DNA of 32,000 nt, from assembly GCF_000195755.1 (NCBI RefSeq), contig NC_002937.3, forward strand, positions 990,001 to 1,022,000. Reading direction: 5' to 3'. The first letter of the stretch is position 1. Every line of letters starts with the position of its first letter. This stretch comes from Nitratidesulfovibrio vulgaris str. Hildenborough. Its GTDB lineage: Bacteria; Desulfobacterota; Desulfovibrionia; Desulfovibrionales; Desulfovibrionaceae. The position numbers and the translations under genes were made by a program. Positions 24,520-32,000 of this stretch are shown here, one piece after another. The notes under the pieces were generated by a model, which was given only the letters and a program-made list of their open reading frames with translations, did not search any database and was not told the DNA's origin.

Positions 24520-25926
24520 CTATACAGTCGTGCTGATTGTGTCGTCTACTTCTTTGTTTGAGAGCAGGACAACCGTCTCGACGTGTGGCGTATGCGGAAA
24601 AAGGTCGACAGGGCGCGCTTCGTGCAGTGTATAGCGCTGCATGAGCAGGCCCACGTCACGAGCCATCGTCGCTGGATCGCATGATACATAGACGATGCGT
24701 GCCGGTGCCGTCTGAAGAAGTGCGTCTATCACATCAGGATGCATGCCGGCGCGAGGGGGGTCTGTGACCACCACGTCAGGGATGGGTTCTTGAGCTTTGC
24801 CTTTGCTGCGAGAACGGAGCAGTGCCCGTACATCCCCGGCGACGAAATCGCAGTGGGTGCAGCCTGCTGCCTGCGCGTTCCTTTGGGCTGCTTCGACGGA
24901 TGCAGGCGTCGCCTCCATGCCGCAGATTGTCGCTGCGTGTTCCGCCAGCCACAGGGCAATGGATCCCACACCGCAGTAGAGGTCCCAGACATGTTCGCGT
25001 CCGCTCAGGCCTGCCATGCGCTCCACTTCGCCATACAGGAGTTCTGTGGCGCGGGTGTTGGTCTGCAGGAAGGTGTCGTGCCCGAAGTCGAGTTCGATGG
25101 CGCCCAGCTTTTCTGTCAGTACAATCTCACCTTCGGTGAAGACGGTCGCGTCGCCGTAAGCCACTTGCGAGTTCTGCGAGCGGATGGAGTGGACGCAGCC
25201 CGTGACCTCCGGCACTGCCTGACGCAGGGCGGTGAAAAAGGCACGCGCGACATGTTCGGCCTCCGGGTGCGGGGCGGTGATGCACTGGACGAGGCACTGC
25301 CCCCCCCTTGCGGGCTCACGCACGACGAGAAAGCGCCAGAAGCCGCGATGAGCCGCGTCGTCCCAGCCGGGAAGACCCGATGCGCGTGCGATGTCACGTG
25401 CCGTCGTGACGACGCGGCAGGTTGTGGCAGTCTGAAGCCCGCACGACGTCACATCCACGACCTCGTGCCCCCCCCGCCGGCGCAGTCCCAGATGAAGCAT
25501 CTCCCGGTCATCCGTGGTGAAGGCGAACTCCATCTTGTTGCGAAAGCCCTGTTGCAGCGGCGAAGGGAGCGTGGGCAGTACATTGGGGGCTTCGATGCGC
25601 CCGATGCGTTGCAGGCTGTCACGGACGAAGCGTTCCTTCCACGCCAGTTGGGCCGGGTAGGGCAGGTTCTGCCATGTGCAGCCGCCACAGTCGCCGAAGT
25701 GCGGGCAGAACGGGTCGCACTCGTCTGCGGTGTGAGTGACAACGGCAAGGCATTCAGCCTCTGCGAAGCGTTTGCGCACAGTCGTGAGGCGGACATGAAG
25801 CTGCTGGCCAGGCAGACCGCGGTCGACGAAGATGACGCGCCCTTCATGGCGGCAGACGGCCTTGCCGCCCGGCGCGAGGGCATCGACCGTGACGTCGAGC
25901 GTCATGCCGTTTGCGAATGTTTCCAT
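24520..25926 (-). CDS. rlmD: 23S rRNA (uracil-5-)-methyltransferase, TrmA/RumA family
   Basis: N-terminal TRAM domain, Fe-S Cys cluster CPHFGDCGGCTWQ, SAM loop DLYCGVGSIAL and DPPRAG. The preferred start is ATG 25926 (METFANG...). The track ORF extends to 26247. Confidence 0.85.
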   Translation of the reverse strand: METFANGMTLDVTVDALAPGGKAVCRHEGRVIFVDRGLPGQQLHVRLTTVRKRFAEAECLAVVTHTADECDPFCPHFGDCGGCTWQNLPYPAQLAWKERFVRDSLQRIGRIEAPNVLPTLPSPLQQGFRNKMEFAFTTDDREMLHLGLRRRGGHEVVDVTSCGLQTATTCRVVTTARDIARASGLPGWDDAAHRGFWRFLVVREPARGGQCLVQCITAPHPEAEHVARAFFTALRQAVPEVTGCVHSIRSQNSQVAYGDATVFTEGEIVLTEKLGAIELDFGHDTFLQTNTRATELLYGEVERMAGLSGREHVWDLYCGVGSIALWLAEHAATICGMEATPASVEAAQRNAQAAGCTHCDFVAGDVRALLRSRSKGKAQEPIPDVVVTDPPRAGMHPDVIDALLQTAPARIVYVSCDPATMARDVGLLMQRYTLHEARPVDLFPHTPHVETVVLLSNKEVDDTISTTV

Positions 25927-26064
25927 GATACTATTTCCGTGCTGCGCCTCAAGGCGCGGCTGCTTGTGCCGTCCGTCACAAAAAGAGTCTTGACTTTTCC
26001 GGCAATTGAGGCAACTAGTTGCCCATCCGAGCACATACGTCAAGCCCAGCCAAGGAGCCGAGCG

Positions 26065-26211
26065 ATGATCAGCGAACTTATCGAGAACGCGATGCATTCG
26101 AGCCCGCAGGGATTCGTGGGCGTTTCCCTGATAGGCATCTACTTTTGCGTGATTGTGGCCACCGCCTTCTATCGCATCAGCAAGGGCGATCACCTCGGCG
26201 GGCACCACTAG
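26065..26211 (+). CDS. Candidate 48-aa membrane protein (below the ORF-track length threshold as a separate entry)
   Basis: AAGGAG lies 7 nt upstream of ATG 26065. The product is MISELIENAMHSSPQGFVGVSLIGIYFCVIVATAFYRISKGDHLGGHH, with one TM helix. Third-codon positions are mostly G/C, as in neighbouring genes. A strong terminator lies 46 nt downstream. Confidence 0.5.
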   Translation: MISELIENAMHSSPQGFVGVSLIGIYFCVIVATAFYRISKGDHLGGHH

Positions 26212-26256
26212 GCCGAGTCGTCGCGACGCCAGGCCGTCAGGCATCATGCATCATGC

Positions 26257-26292
26257 GGGGTCGCTCCTTTGGGAGCGACCCCGTTTCTGTTT
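26257..26292 (+). terminator. Intrinsic terminator
   Basis: Perfect 11-bp stem GGGGTCGCTCC / GGAGCGACCCC with loop TTTG, followed by GTTTCTGTTT. Confidence 0.7.
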
Positions 26293-26368
26293 ACGTCAGG
26301 GCGTGTGGCGTCTTGGCTGAGCCCATGTGGGCTGCCCGGCTACGACTGCCGGACGCATGTTCTCGAGG

Positions 26369-27277
26369 TCACAGGTCCGCGGCGCAGGTCACGCGCGCGC
26401 AGTCCACGGCCCGGTCATGCAGGATGTCCATGAGATACTGTCCGTAATCGTTCTTGAGCATGGGGGCAGCCAGACGCTCCAGTTCTGCGGCGTCGATGTA
26501 GCCCATTCGGTAGGCTATCTCCTCGAGGCACGAAATCTTGAGCCCCTGTCTATTCTGGACGGCGCGGACGAACGAGGACGCCTGATGGAGTGATTCGAAG
26601 GTGCCGGTGTCGAGCCATGCGATGCCACGCCCGAGGAACTCGACCTTGAGCCTGCCTTCACGCAGGTACAGGTTGTTCAGGTCGGTTATCTCGAGTTCGC
26701 CACGGGCAGAGGGCTTCAGCGTGGCTGCCATGTCGGCTACGGCACCATCATAGAAATAGAGACCTGTGACAGCGTAGCGCGACTTGGGCTTGGCGGGCTT
26801 CTCTTCGATGCTCAACACCCTACTGTCGGCATCGAACTCGACCACGCCGTACCGTTCAGGGTCGCGTACCTTGTAGCCGAACACCGTGCCGCCTTCGGTG
26901 AGGTTGGCGCAGCGGCGCAACAGGCTGGGCAGCCTGTCGCCGTAGAAGAGGTTGTCACCGAGAATGAGACAGCATGGTTCTCCGGCAAGGAAGTCGCGTG
27001 CCAGCAGGAAGGCTTGCGCCAGACCGTCGGGGCTTGGCTGTACGACATAGGTGAAGCAGACACCGAACTGGCTGCCGTCGCCAAGGAGCTCCTGAAAGCG
27101 CGGCTGGTCGCCGGGGGTGGTGATGATACATATGTCCCGGATGCCAGCCAGCAGAAGCATGGACAACGGGTAGTAGATCATGGGCTTGTCGTAGACGGGC
27201 ATCAGCTGTTTGCAGACACCACGTGTGATGGGGGCAAGGCGAGTGCCTGAACCTCCGGCAAGAACAATGCCTTTCAT
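26369..27277 (-). CDS. rfbA: Glucose-1-phosphate thymidylyltransferase
   Basis: [34 protein letters not shown] and LGDNLFYG. Start ATG 27277; the track ORF starts 27 nt upstream. Confidence 0.9.
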   Translation of the reverse strand: MKGIVLAGGSGTRLAPITRGVCKQLMPVYDKPMIYYPLSMLLLAGIRDICIITTPGDQPRFQELLGDGSQFGVCFTYVVQPSPDGLAQAFLLARDFLAGEPCCLILGDNLFYGDRLPSLLRRCANLTEGGTVFGYKVRDPERYGVVEFDADSRVLSIEEKPAKPKSRYAVTGLYFYDGAVADMAATLKPSARGELEITDLNNLYLREGRLKVEFLGRGIAWLDTGTFESLHQASSFVRAVQNRQGLKISCLEEIAYRMGYIDAAELERLAAPMLKNDYGQYLMDILHDRAVDCARVTCAADL

Positions 27278-27351
27278 GCATACCTCGTGCAGAAGAATGG
27301 GCACACTCTAGCCGTAACAGGGCAGAAAGAAAAGGGCGGGGCGGATTGGTA

Positions 27352-27407
27352 GGTCCGGGGAGAACAGCCTTGGGGGAGGGCCTTGGTGCGGTGGTTCTCC
27401 CCGGACC
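27352..27407. repeat. Perfect 14-bp inverted repeat with 28-nt spacer
   Basis: GGTCCGGGGAGAAC (27352-27365) is the exact reverse complement of GTTCTCCCCGGACC (27394-27407). It lies 75 nt upstream of the rfbA ATG in the rfbA/rplU divergent region. Confidence 0.85.
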
Positions 27408-27799
27408 TGAGACGAGACACACTCAAGAGGGGATATACCCCCGCCGGAAAAAGATGTCTGTTAGATTTTTTCTTGGAATGGACATTCACTTCGGGAGAAC
27501 CCGCCTGCACCCTACCCTGGAGAGGAGGGGGGCGGGCGGGGGGATGCTATGCTATGGATGCTTGGGAATGTCGTGCGTTGCGACAGGTAGGGGGGGGCAA
27601 GCGGGTCGCGCGCTGGAGGCGTGTCCGGGGATGAGCCCCTTCCACATCGCCGCCGCTGCGTTTCTTCGTGAATCTTGTCAGATGGTTGTCTTGGAGTCGG
27701 CAGGTGCGGCAGTGCGTGGTGAAGATAGGGCTTGCCACGCGCGGGGCATGAGTGTAGGTAGAAACGCTTTCGCGATGAGGGTGCCGCTCTGGAAGGCGG

Positions 27800-27828
27800 T
27801 TGACTTTTCCTTTCGGAGGGGCTAAAAG
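27800..27828 (+). promoter_or_regulatory. Sigma70-like promoter for rplU-rpmA
   Basis: TTGACT, a 17-nt spacer, then TAAAAG. The -10 ends 26 nt upstream of the rplU ATG, and GGAGGT lies in between. Confidence 0.45.
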
Positions 27829-27854
27829 TGCCCTCTCTTTTTCTGGAGGTTACG

Positions 27855-28163
27855 ATGTACGCGATTATCGAAACGGGTGGCAAGCAGTTCCGCGTCGAGG
27901 AAGGCAGCAAGATCTTTGTCGAGAAGCTTGCGTCCGAAGCCGGCAGCGAGATCGTCATCGATAAGGTTCTGATGCTCGGCGGCGGCGACGTCAAAGTCGG
28001 CGCTCCTTATGTCGAGAATGCTAAGGTCACCGCCGAAGTGGTCGAACACGGCCGCGGCGAGAAGGTCGTCATTTTCAAGAAGTGGCGCCGCAACGACTCC
28101 CGCAAGAAGCAGGGGCATCGTCAGGACTTCACTGCCCTGAAGATCAAGGCTATCACGGCCTAG
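27855..28163 (+). CDS. rplU: 50S ribosomal protein L21
   Basis: MYAIIETGGKQFRVEEG. GGAGGT lies 3 nt upstream of ATG 27855. Confidence 0.95.
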   Translation: MYAIIETGGKQFRVEEGSKIFVEKLASEAGSEIVIDKVLMLGGGDVKVGAPYVENAKVTAEVVEHGRGEKVVIFKKWRRNDSRKKQGHRQDFTALKIKAITA

Positions 28164-28183
28164 CTATCAAGGAGTAATCTGTC

Positions 28184-28447
28184 ATGGCACATAAAAAAGC
28201 AGGCGGCAGCTCCCGCAACGGTCGCGACAGTCAGGGGCAGCGCCGTGGCGTGAAGCGCTTTGGCGGTCAGCTGGTTCTCGCTGGCAACATTCTTATCCGT
28301 CAGCTCGGCACCAAGGTGCACCCCGGCGAAAACGTCGGCATGGGCCGCGACTACACCCTGTTCGCCAAGGTGGACGGGACGGTGCGTTACGAGAAGTTCA
28401 CCCGCAAGCGCAAGGTGCTTACCCGGGTGCACATCGACGCCGTGTAG
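28184..28447 (+). CDS. rpmA: 50S ribosomal protein L27
   Basis: [29 protein letters not shown]. Confidence 0.95.
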
Positions 28448-28479
28448 GTTCGCCTGCACGCACAGCCTTACCAGCATGG

Positions 28480-28513
28480 GGGCGGAAGTCGCGCTGCGTC
28501 TTTCGCCCTTTTT
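28480..28513 (+). terminator. Possible terminator/attenuator between rpmA and obg
   Basis: 7-bp stem GGGCGGA / TTCGCCC (one G-U), a 15-nt loop, then TTTTT. Confidence 0.4.
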
Positions 28514-28595
28514 GCGTTCATGCGCCGTCTTGTGCGGCTCTTCAACGGCGGCTATAGTCGCCGGATAACCATAACGATTGCAAAGGCAGGCTCCC

Positions 28596-29696
28596 ATGCG
28601 CTTCGTAGACGAGGCGACCATCAATGTACGTGCGGGTAAAGGCGGCAATGGCTGTCTTTCGTTCCGGCGTGAGAAGTTCATCCCCCGCGGGGGGCCGGAC
28701 GGCGGTAACGGCGGCGATGGCGGCAGCGTCATCCTGCGGCCCACCAACAGGCTGCTCAGCCTGTACGACTTCCGGTTGCAGCGCAACTACGAAGCCCGCA
28801 ACGGGCAGTCGGGCATGGGCAGCCAGTGCGACGGGCGCAAGGGCGAGGACCTTGTCCTTGAACTGCCGCTGGGCACGCTCGTCTTTGAAGTCGATGACGA
28901 AGGGCACGAGCAGATGATCGCCGACCTGAGCGACCCGGACGGTGTGTTCGTGGTGGCACGGGGCGGTCGTGGCGGCAAGGGCAACGAGCATTTCAAGTCG
29001 TCCACCATGCGCGCTCCCCGTTTTGCCCAGAAGGGCGAACCGGGCGAGGAGCGGCGGCTCAGACTTGAGCTGAAGATACTCGCCGATGCCGGTCTGCTTG
29101 GCTTGCCCAACGCAGGCAAGTCCACGTTCATCTCGCGCATATCCGCGGCCCGGCCCAAGATCGCGGCGTATCCGTTCACCACGCTCACGCCCAACCTCGG
29201 CGTGATGATCGACGAGGTCGACCCCGACCGCCGCATGGTCATCGCCGACATCCCCGGTCTCATCGAAGGTGCCCATACCGGACAGGGACTCGGACACCGT
29301 TTTCTCAAGCACGTGGAGCGCACCCGCTTTCTCGTGCATATCCTCAGCATAGAGGATATCGACCCGGAGAATCCGTGGACGGGCTTCGACCTCATCAACG
29401 AGGAACTTGCACGATTCGACGAGGTGCTGCGCGAACGCGAGCAGATCGAGGTCGTCAACAAGATCGACCTGCGCACCCCGGAAGAGGTCGACGCGCTGCG
29501 CCAGCAGGCTGCGCAGCAGGGGCGGCGCATCTTCTTCATCTCTGCCATGCACGGTGAAGGTATCGAAGAGGTCGTGGATGCCATGTGGCGTCTGCGCGAC
29601 ACCATCGATATGCACGAACCGCTGGTGCACCTGCAGGAAGTCGAGGAAGAGGACGAGGAGTTCGAGGATATCGAGGTCGTATACACCCGCGAATAG
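28596..29696 (+). CDS. obg: GTPase ObgE/CgtA
   Basis: MRFVDEATINVRAGKGGNGCLSFRREKF, G1 motif GLPNAGKST, DIPGLIEGA and NKID. ATG 28596; the track ORF starts at TTG 28578. Confidence 0.95.
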   Translation: MRFVDEATINVRAGKGGNGCLSFRREKFIPRGGPDGGNGGDGGSVILRPTNRLLSLYDFRLQRNYEARNGQSGMGSQCDGRKGEDLVLELPLGTLVFEVDDEGHEQMIADLSDPDGVFVVARGGRGGKGNEHFKSSTMRAPRFAQKGEPGEERRLRLELKILADAGLLGLPNAGKSTFISRISAARPKIAAYPFTTLTPNLGVMIDEVDPDRRMVIADIPGLIEGAHTGQGLGHRFLKHVERTRFLVHILSIEDIDPENPWTGFDLINEELARFDEVLREREQIEVVNKIDLRTPEEVDALRQQAAQQGRRIFFISAMHGEGIEEVVDAMWRLRDTIDMHEPLVHLQEVEEEDEEFEDIEVVYTRE

Positions 29697-29713
29697 CGGG
29701 AGGAGCCATACCG

Positions 29714-30856
29714 ATGGAGTGGACGGAGGAACGCGCCGCAGCCCTGCGCGAGGCGCGTTGCGTAGTGGTCAAGGTGGGCAGTGCCGTGCTGACCACCGAA
29801 ACGGGCGTCAATCTTGCCGTCATCGACAGTCTCGCCGCCCAGCTTTCGGCCTTGCAGGAATCTGGCAAGCGGGTGGTGCTCGTCTCTTCGGGTGCTGTGG
29901 CTGCCGGGCGCAGTGCCTTGCGCGACTGCTGCGAGATTGCCGGAATGCCGCATAAGCAGGCGGCTTCGGCCGTAGGGCAAAGCCGTCTCATGCATCACTA
30001 TGACGAGGCGTTCGCCCGTTACGGGCATCTCTCGGCGCAAGTGCTTCTCACCCGGGACGACCTGCGGAACCGTGAGCGTTTTCTCAACGCACGCAACACG
30101 TTCCAGGCGCTTCTCGACTGGGGGGTCATCCCGGTCGTCAACGAGAACGACACCGTGGCGGTGCAGGAACTCAAGTTTGGCGACAACGACTGCCTTGCCA
30201 GCCTGCTGCTCAACGTCGTCGAGGGCGACCTGTACGTCAACCTCACCTCCGCGTCGGGTGTCTATGCCGACAACCCGCAGACCAATCCCGAAGCCGGTAT
30301 CCTGCCGTGCATCGAGGACGTGCACACGCTCGACCTCGATGTGATGTGCGGAGGCAAGACGTCTGTCGGTACCGGCGGCATGTACTCCAAGCTGCTGGCT
30401 GCAAGCCGCGCCGCACAACTGGGGGTGCCGACGCTCATTCTTCCGGGGCGTGAACCGCGCATCCTCGAACGTGCCTTCTCGGGTGAACCCGTGGGGACAT
30501 GGGTGCGCCCCGAGGCACGAGTCGTGTCGCGCCGCAAGTACTGGCTGGCGTACCAGTCCGAACCTTCGGGGACGGTGACGGTGGACGAGGGTGCGGCCCG
30601 TGCGCTGTTGCAGCAAGGTGGAAGCCTGCTTCCGGGCGGCGTCTGCGATGTCTCCGGCGCATTCGAACCCGGGGCGCTTGTGCGTATCGCCGGGCCGGAC
30701 GGAACCGTCATTGCCGTGGGTTTGTCGAATTACGGCGACCGTGACCTTGTGCGGATAAAGGGGCATCGACGTCACGAGGTGGCTGCCATTCTCGGTGATG
30801 CCCATTTCCCGGAAGTGGTGCACCGCGACAACATGCTTCTGGACGCCGTGGTATAG
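29714..30856 (+). CDS. proB: Glutamate 5-kinase (with PUA domain)
   Basis: VVVKVGSAVLT, VSSGAVAAG, VVNENDTV and a C-terminal PUA-like segment. AGGAG lies 8 nt upstream of ATG 29714. Confidence 0.9.
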   Translation: MEWTEERAAALREARCVVVKVGSAVLTTETGVNLAVIDSLAAQLSALQESGKRVVLVSSGAVAAGRSALRDCCEIAGMPHKQAASAVGQSRLMHHYDEAFARYGHLSAQVLLTRDDLRNRERFLNARNTFQALLDWGVIPVVNENDTVAVQELKFGDNDCLASLLLNVVEGDLYVNLTSASGVYADNPQTNPEAGILPCIEDVHTLDLDVMCGGKTSVGTGGMYSKLLAASRAAQLGVPTLILPGREPRILERAFSGEPVGTWVRPEARVVSRRKYWLAYQSEPSGTVTVDEGAARALLQQGGSLLPGGVCDVSGAFEPGALVRIAGPDGTVIAVGLSNYGDRDLVRIKGHRRHEVAAILGDAHFPEVVHRDNMLLDAVV

Positions 30857-30934
30857 CCCGCGAAACATCGACGTGTGGCACCCGTCGAAGGGTTTGCTGC
30901 TCACGTATGGATAGAGAAGGTTAGAGGAGCCGTC

Positions 30935-31741
30935 ATGACACATCCCCCTTGCATTCTCACCATCGCCGGTTCCGATTCGGGCGGTGGTGCCGGTATTCAG
31001 GCCGACCTCAAGACCATGACCGTGCTTGGTGGATTCGGCATGAGCGTCATTACCGCGCTCACGGCCCAGAACGGTCTTGGCGTGACGGGCATCCACGCCC
31101 CCGATGCGGATTTCGTTGGTCTGCAACTGTCCACGGTTCTCGAAGGTTTTCCGGTGGCCGCTGCCAAGACCGGTATGCTGTTCTCCGCCCCTATCATCGA
31201 GAAGATGGCTGAAGGGCTTGCCGGAAAGACCTTCCCGCTGGTGGTCGACCCCGTATCCATAAGTCAGAGTGGACATCGCCTGTTGCAGGAGGACGCAGTG
31301 GAGGCCCTTGTGCGACACATGCTGCCACTGGCAGACCTGCTGACCCCCAACCGGCCCGAAGCCGAGATGCTGGCCGGGATGCCCATCGATACGGCGACCG
31401 ACGTGCATACGGCCATCGACCGTATCCTCGCCAAGGGGCCGCGTGCCGTACTGCTCAAGGGGGGGCATTTCGAAGGCGACGGACAGTTGGTCGACTGGCT
31501 GGGCCTTCCGGGTGGAACGCCCGTGGCTTTGCCACAGCCGCGTGTGAACACCCCCAACAACCATGGCACCGGATGTACCCTTTCGGCGGCCATCGCCACA
31601 TTTCTTGGCCTTGGGCATCCGTTACGCGAGGCTGTCGTGGCTGCACAGCAGTACCTCAACCGCTGTCTGGCCGAGAGTTACACGCCCGGCAAGGGCTTCG
31701 GGCCGCCCAATCACGCGGCCCCCTGCCAGTGCCGCGGCTAG
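30935..31741 (+). CDS. thiD: Hydroxymethylpyrimidine/phosphomethylpyrimidine kinase
   Basis: ILTIAGSDSGGGAGIQADLKT and NNHGTGCTLSAAIA. AGAGGAG lies upstream of ATG 30935. The product is 268 aa. Confidence 0.9.
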   Translation: MTHPPCILTIAGSDSGGGAGIQADLKTMTVLGGFGMSVITALTAQNGLGVTGIHAPDADFVGLQLSTVLEGFPVAAAKTGMLFSAPIIEKMAEGLAGKTFPLVVDPVSISQSGHRLLQEDAVEALVRHMLPLADLLTPNRPEAEMLAGMPIDTATDVHTAIDRILAKGPRAVLLKGGHFEGDGQLVDWLGLPGGTPVALPQPRVNTPNNHGTGCTLSAAIATFLGLGHPLREAVVAAQQYLNRCLAESYTPGKGFGPPNHAAPCQCRG

Positions 31742-32000
31742 CGTGCCTCGACGGAACGCGTCGGCATGTTCTCCGAGGCGTCTCATGGATGGCCCTTGGA
31801 TGCTGCGCTGCGGCCTCGTCAGGTCGAGGCCGACGAATGCGTCTGCCGTGAGAAGCCGCGTTGGGGGCGTCGCACCGTCATTGTCGGGCCTATGCGCCAT
31901 CCGGTCATGATTCGCCGTGATGCCGTGCCGCACCTCTGGACGCAGGTGCACGTGCCATTGCAACTCGAGAGTCCCCGTCGCCTGCGCTCCGGGGACTCTG

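Noticed and set aside
24739-26064. Most of the 490-aa plus-strand ORF 24739..26211
   Set aside because: It is antisense to rlmD, which has TRAM, Fe-S Cys cluster and SAM motifs. Only its last 49 codons, which lie outside rlmD and have their own SD and terminator, were kept as a candidate small gene.
27345-27410. AGGTCCGGGGAGAACAGCC resembles the SRP RNA domain IV string AGGUCCGGAAGGAAGCAGCC
   Set aside because: Here the segment pairs perfectly with a distal 14-mer rather than forming the local GNRA-capped helix with symmetric and asymmetric loops. The overall architecture is not that of 4.5S RNA.
27520-27545. G-runs (GGGGGGCGGGCGGGGGG) as a G-quadruplex motif
   Set aside because: Only three separable G3 tracts with loops of at least 1 nt can be drawn, so four tracts are not available.
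27346-27825. 159-aa plus-strand ORF (and 27512..27994 minus) in the rfbA-rplU gap
   Set aside because: There is no SD at a usable distance. The products are Gly/Arg/Cys-rich and non-protein-like. The plus-strand ORF runs across the rplU promoter.
28787-31618. 943-aa minus-strand ORF spanning obg, proB and thiD
   Set aside because: It is antisense to three genes with unmistakable family motifs (Obg GKGGNG and G1-G4 motifs, ProB, ThiD). Its translation is Arg/Gly/His/Ser-rich with no recognisable domain. Long stop-free antisense frames are expected at this GC content and GC3 bias.

Overview
This is a high-GC chromosomal window: hand-counted 60-nt lines are about 65% G+C. Gene content and order look like a Desulfovibrio/Nitratidesulfovibrio-type sulfate reducer, for example rex directly downstream of a split atpZ-atpI-atpB-atpE cluster. 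That identification is from memory and has not been searched. I can support about 37 protein genes, nearly all housekeeping.

Plus strand: a MiaB/MtaB-like methylthiotransferase, yicC, remA, gmk, pyrF, a TPR protein, an HDOD protein, recJ, fliM, a PNPOx-like protein, rplU, rpmA, obg, proB and thiD.

Minus strand: lipA, lipB, an Rsm22-like methyltransferase, a DUF4445/RACo-like protein, truA, a ylxF/motE-like gene, fliJ, cobS, a DUF62 SAM hydrolase, rex, atpE/B/I/Z, a tetraheme cytochrome c, a RidA-like gene, rlmD and rfbA.

I saw no rRNA, tRNA, CRISPR array, transposase or phage genes.

The most unusual object is a 979-codon gene on the minus strand. Its Rsm22/METTL17-like SAM methyltransferase domain is fused to about 7.6 near-identical 177-bp (59-aa) Arg/Gly/Asp/Phe-rich tandem repeats. 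It sits in a tight, apparently co-transcribed string: DUF4445 (2Fe-2S + ASKHA) -> methyltransferase -> lipB -> lipA.

Other points worth a second look:
- an unlisted 48-codon membrane ORF with a strong SD and its own terminator (26065-26292)
- a 378-nt leader upstream of cobS with a C-rich, G-poor tandem repeat and weak cobalamin-riboswitch-like strings
- a roughly 45% GC islet carrying the RidA-like gene
- a signal-peptide-like extension and a partial Na+-type ion-site signature in the ATP synthase c subunit
- a Rex-box-like palindrome upstream of atpZ
- two sigma54-type -24/-12 elements in front of fliM and fliJ

Many long ORFs in the track are antisense or alternate-frame artefacts of the high GC content and were rejected.
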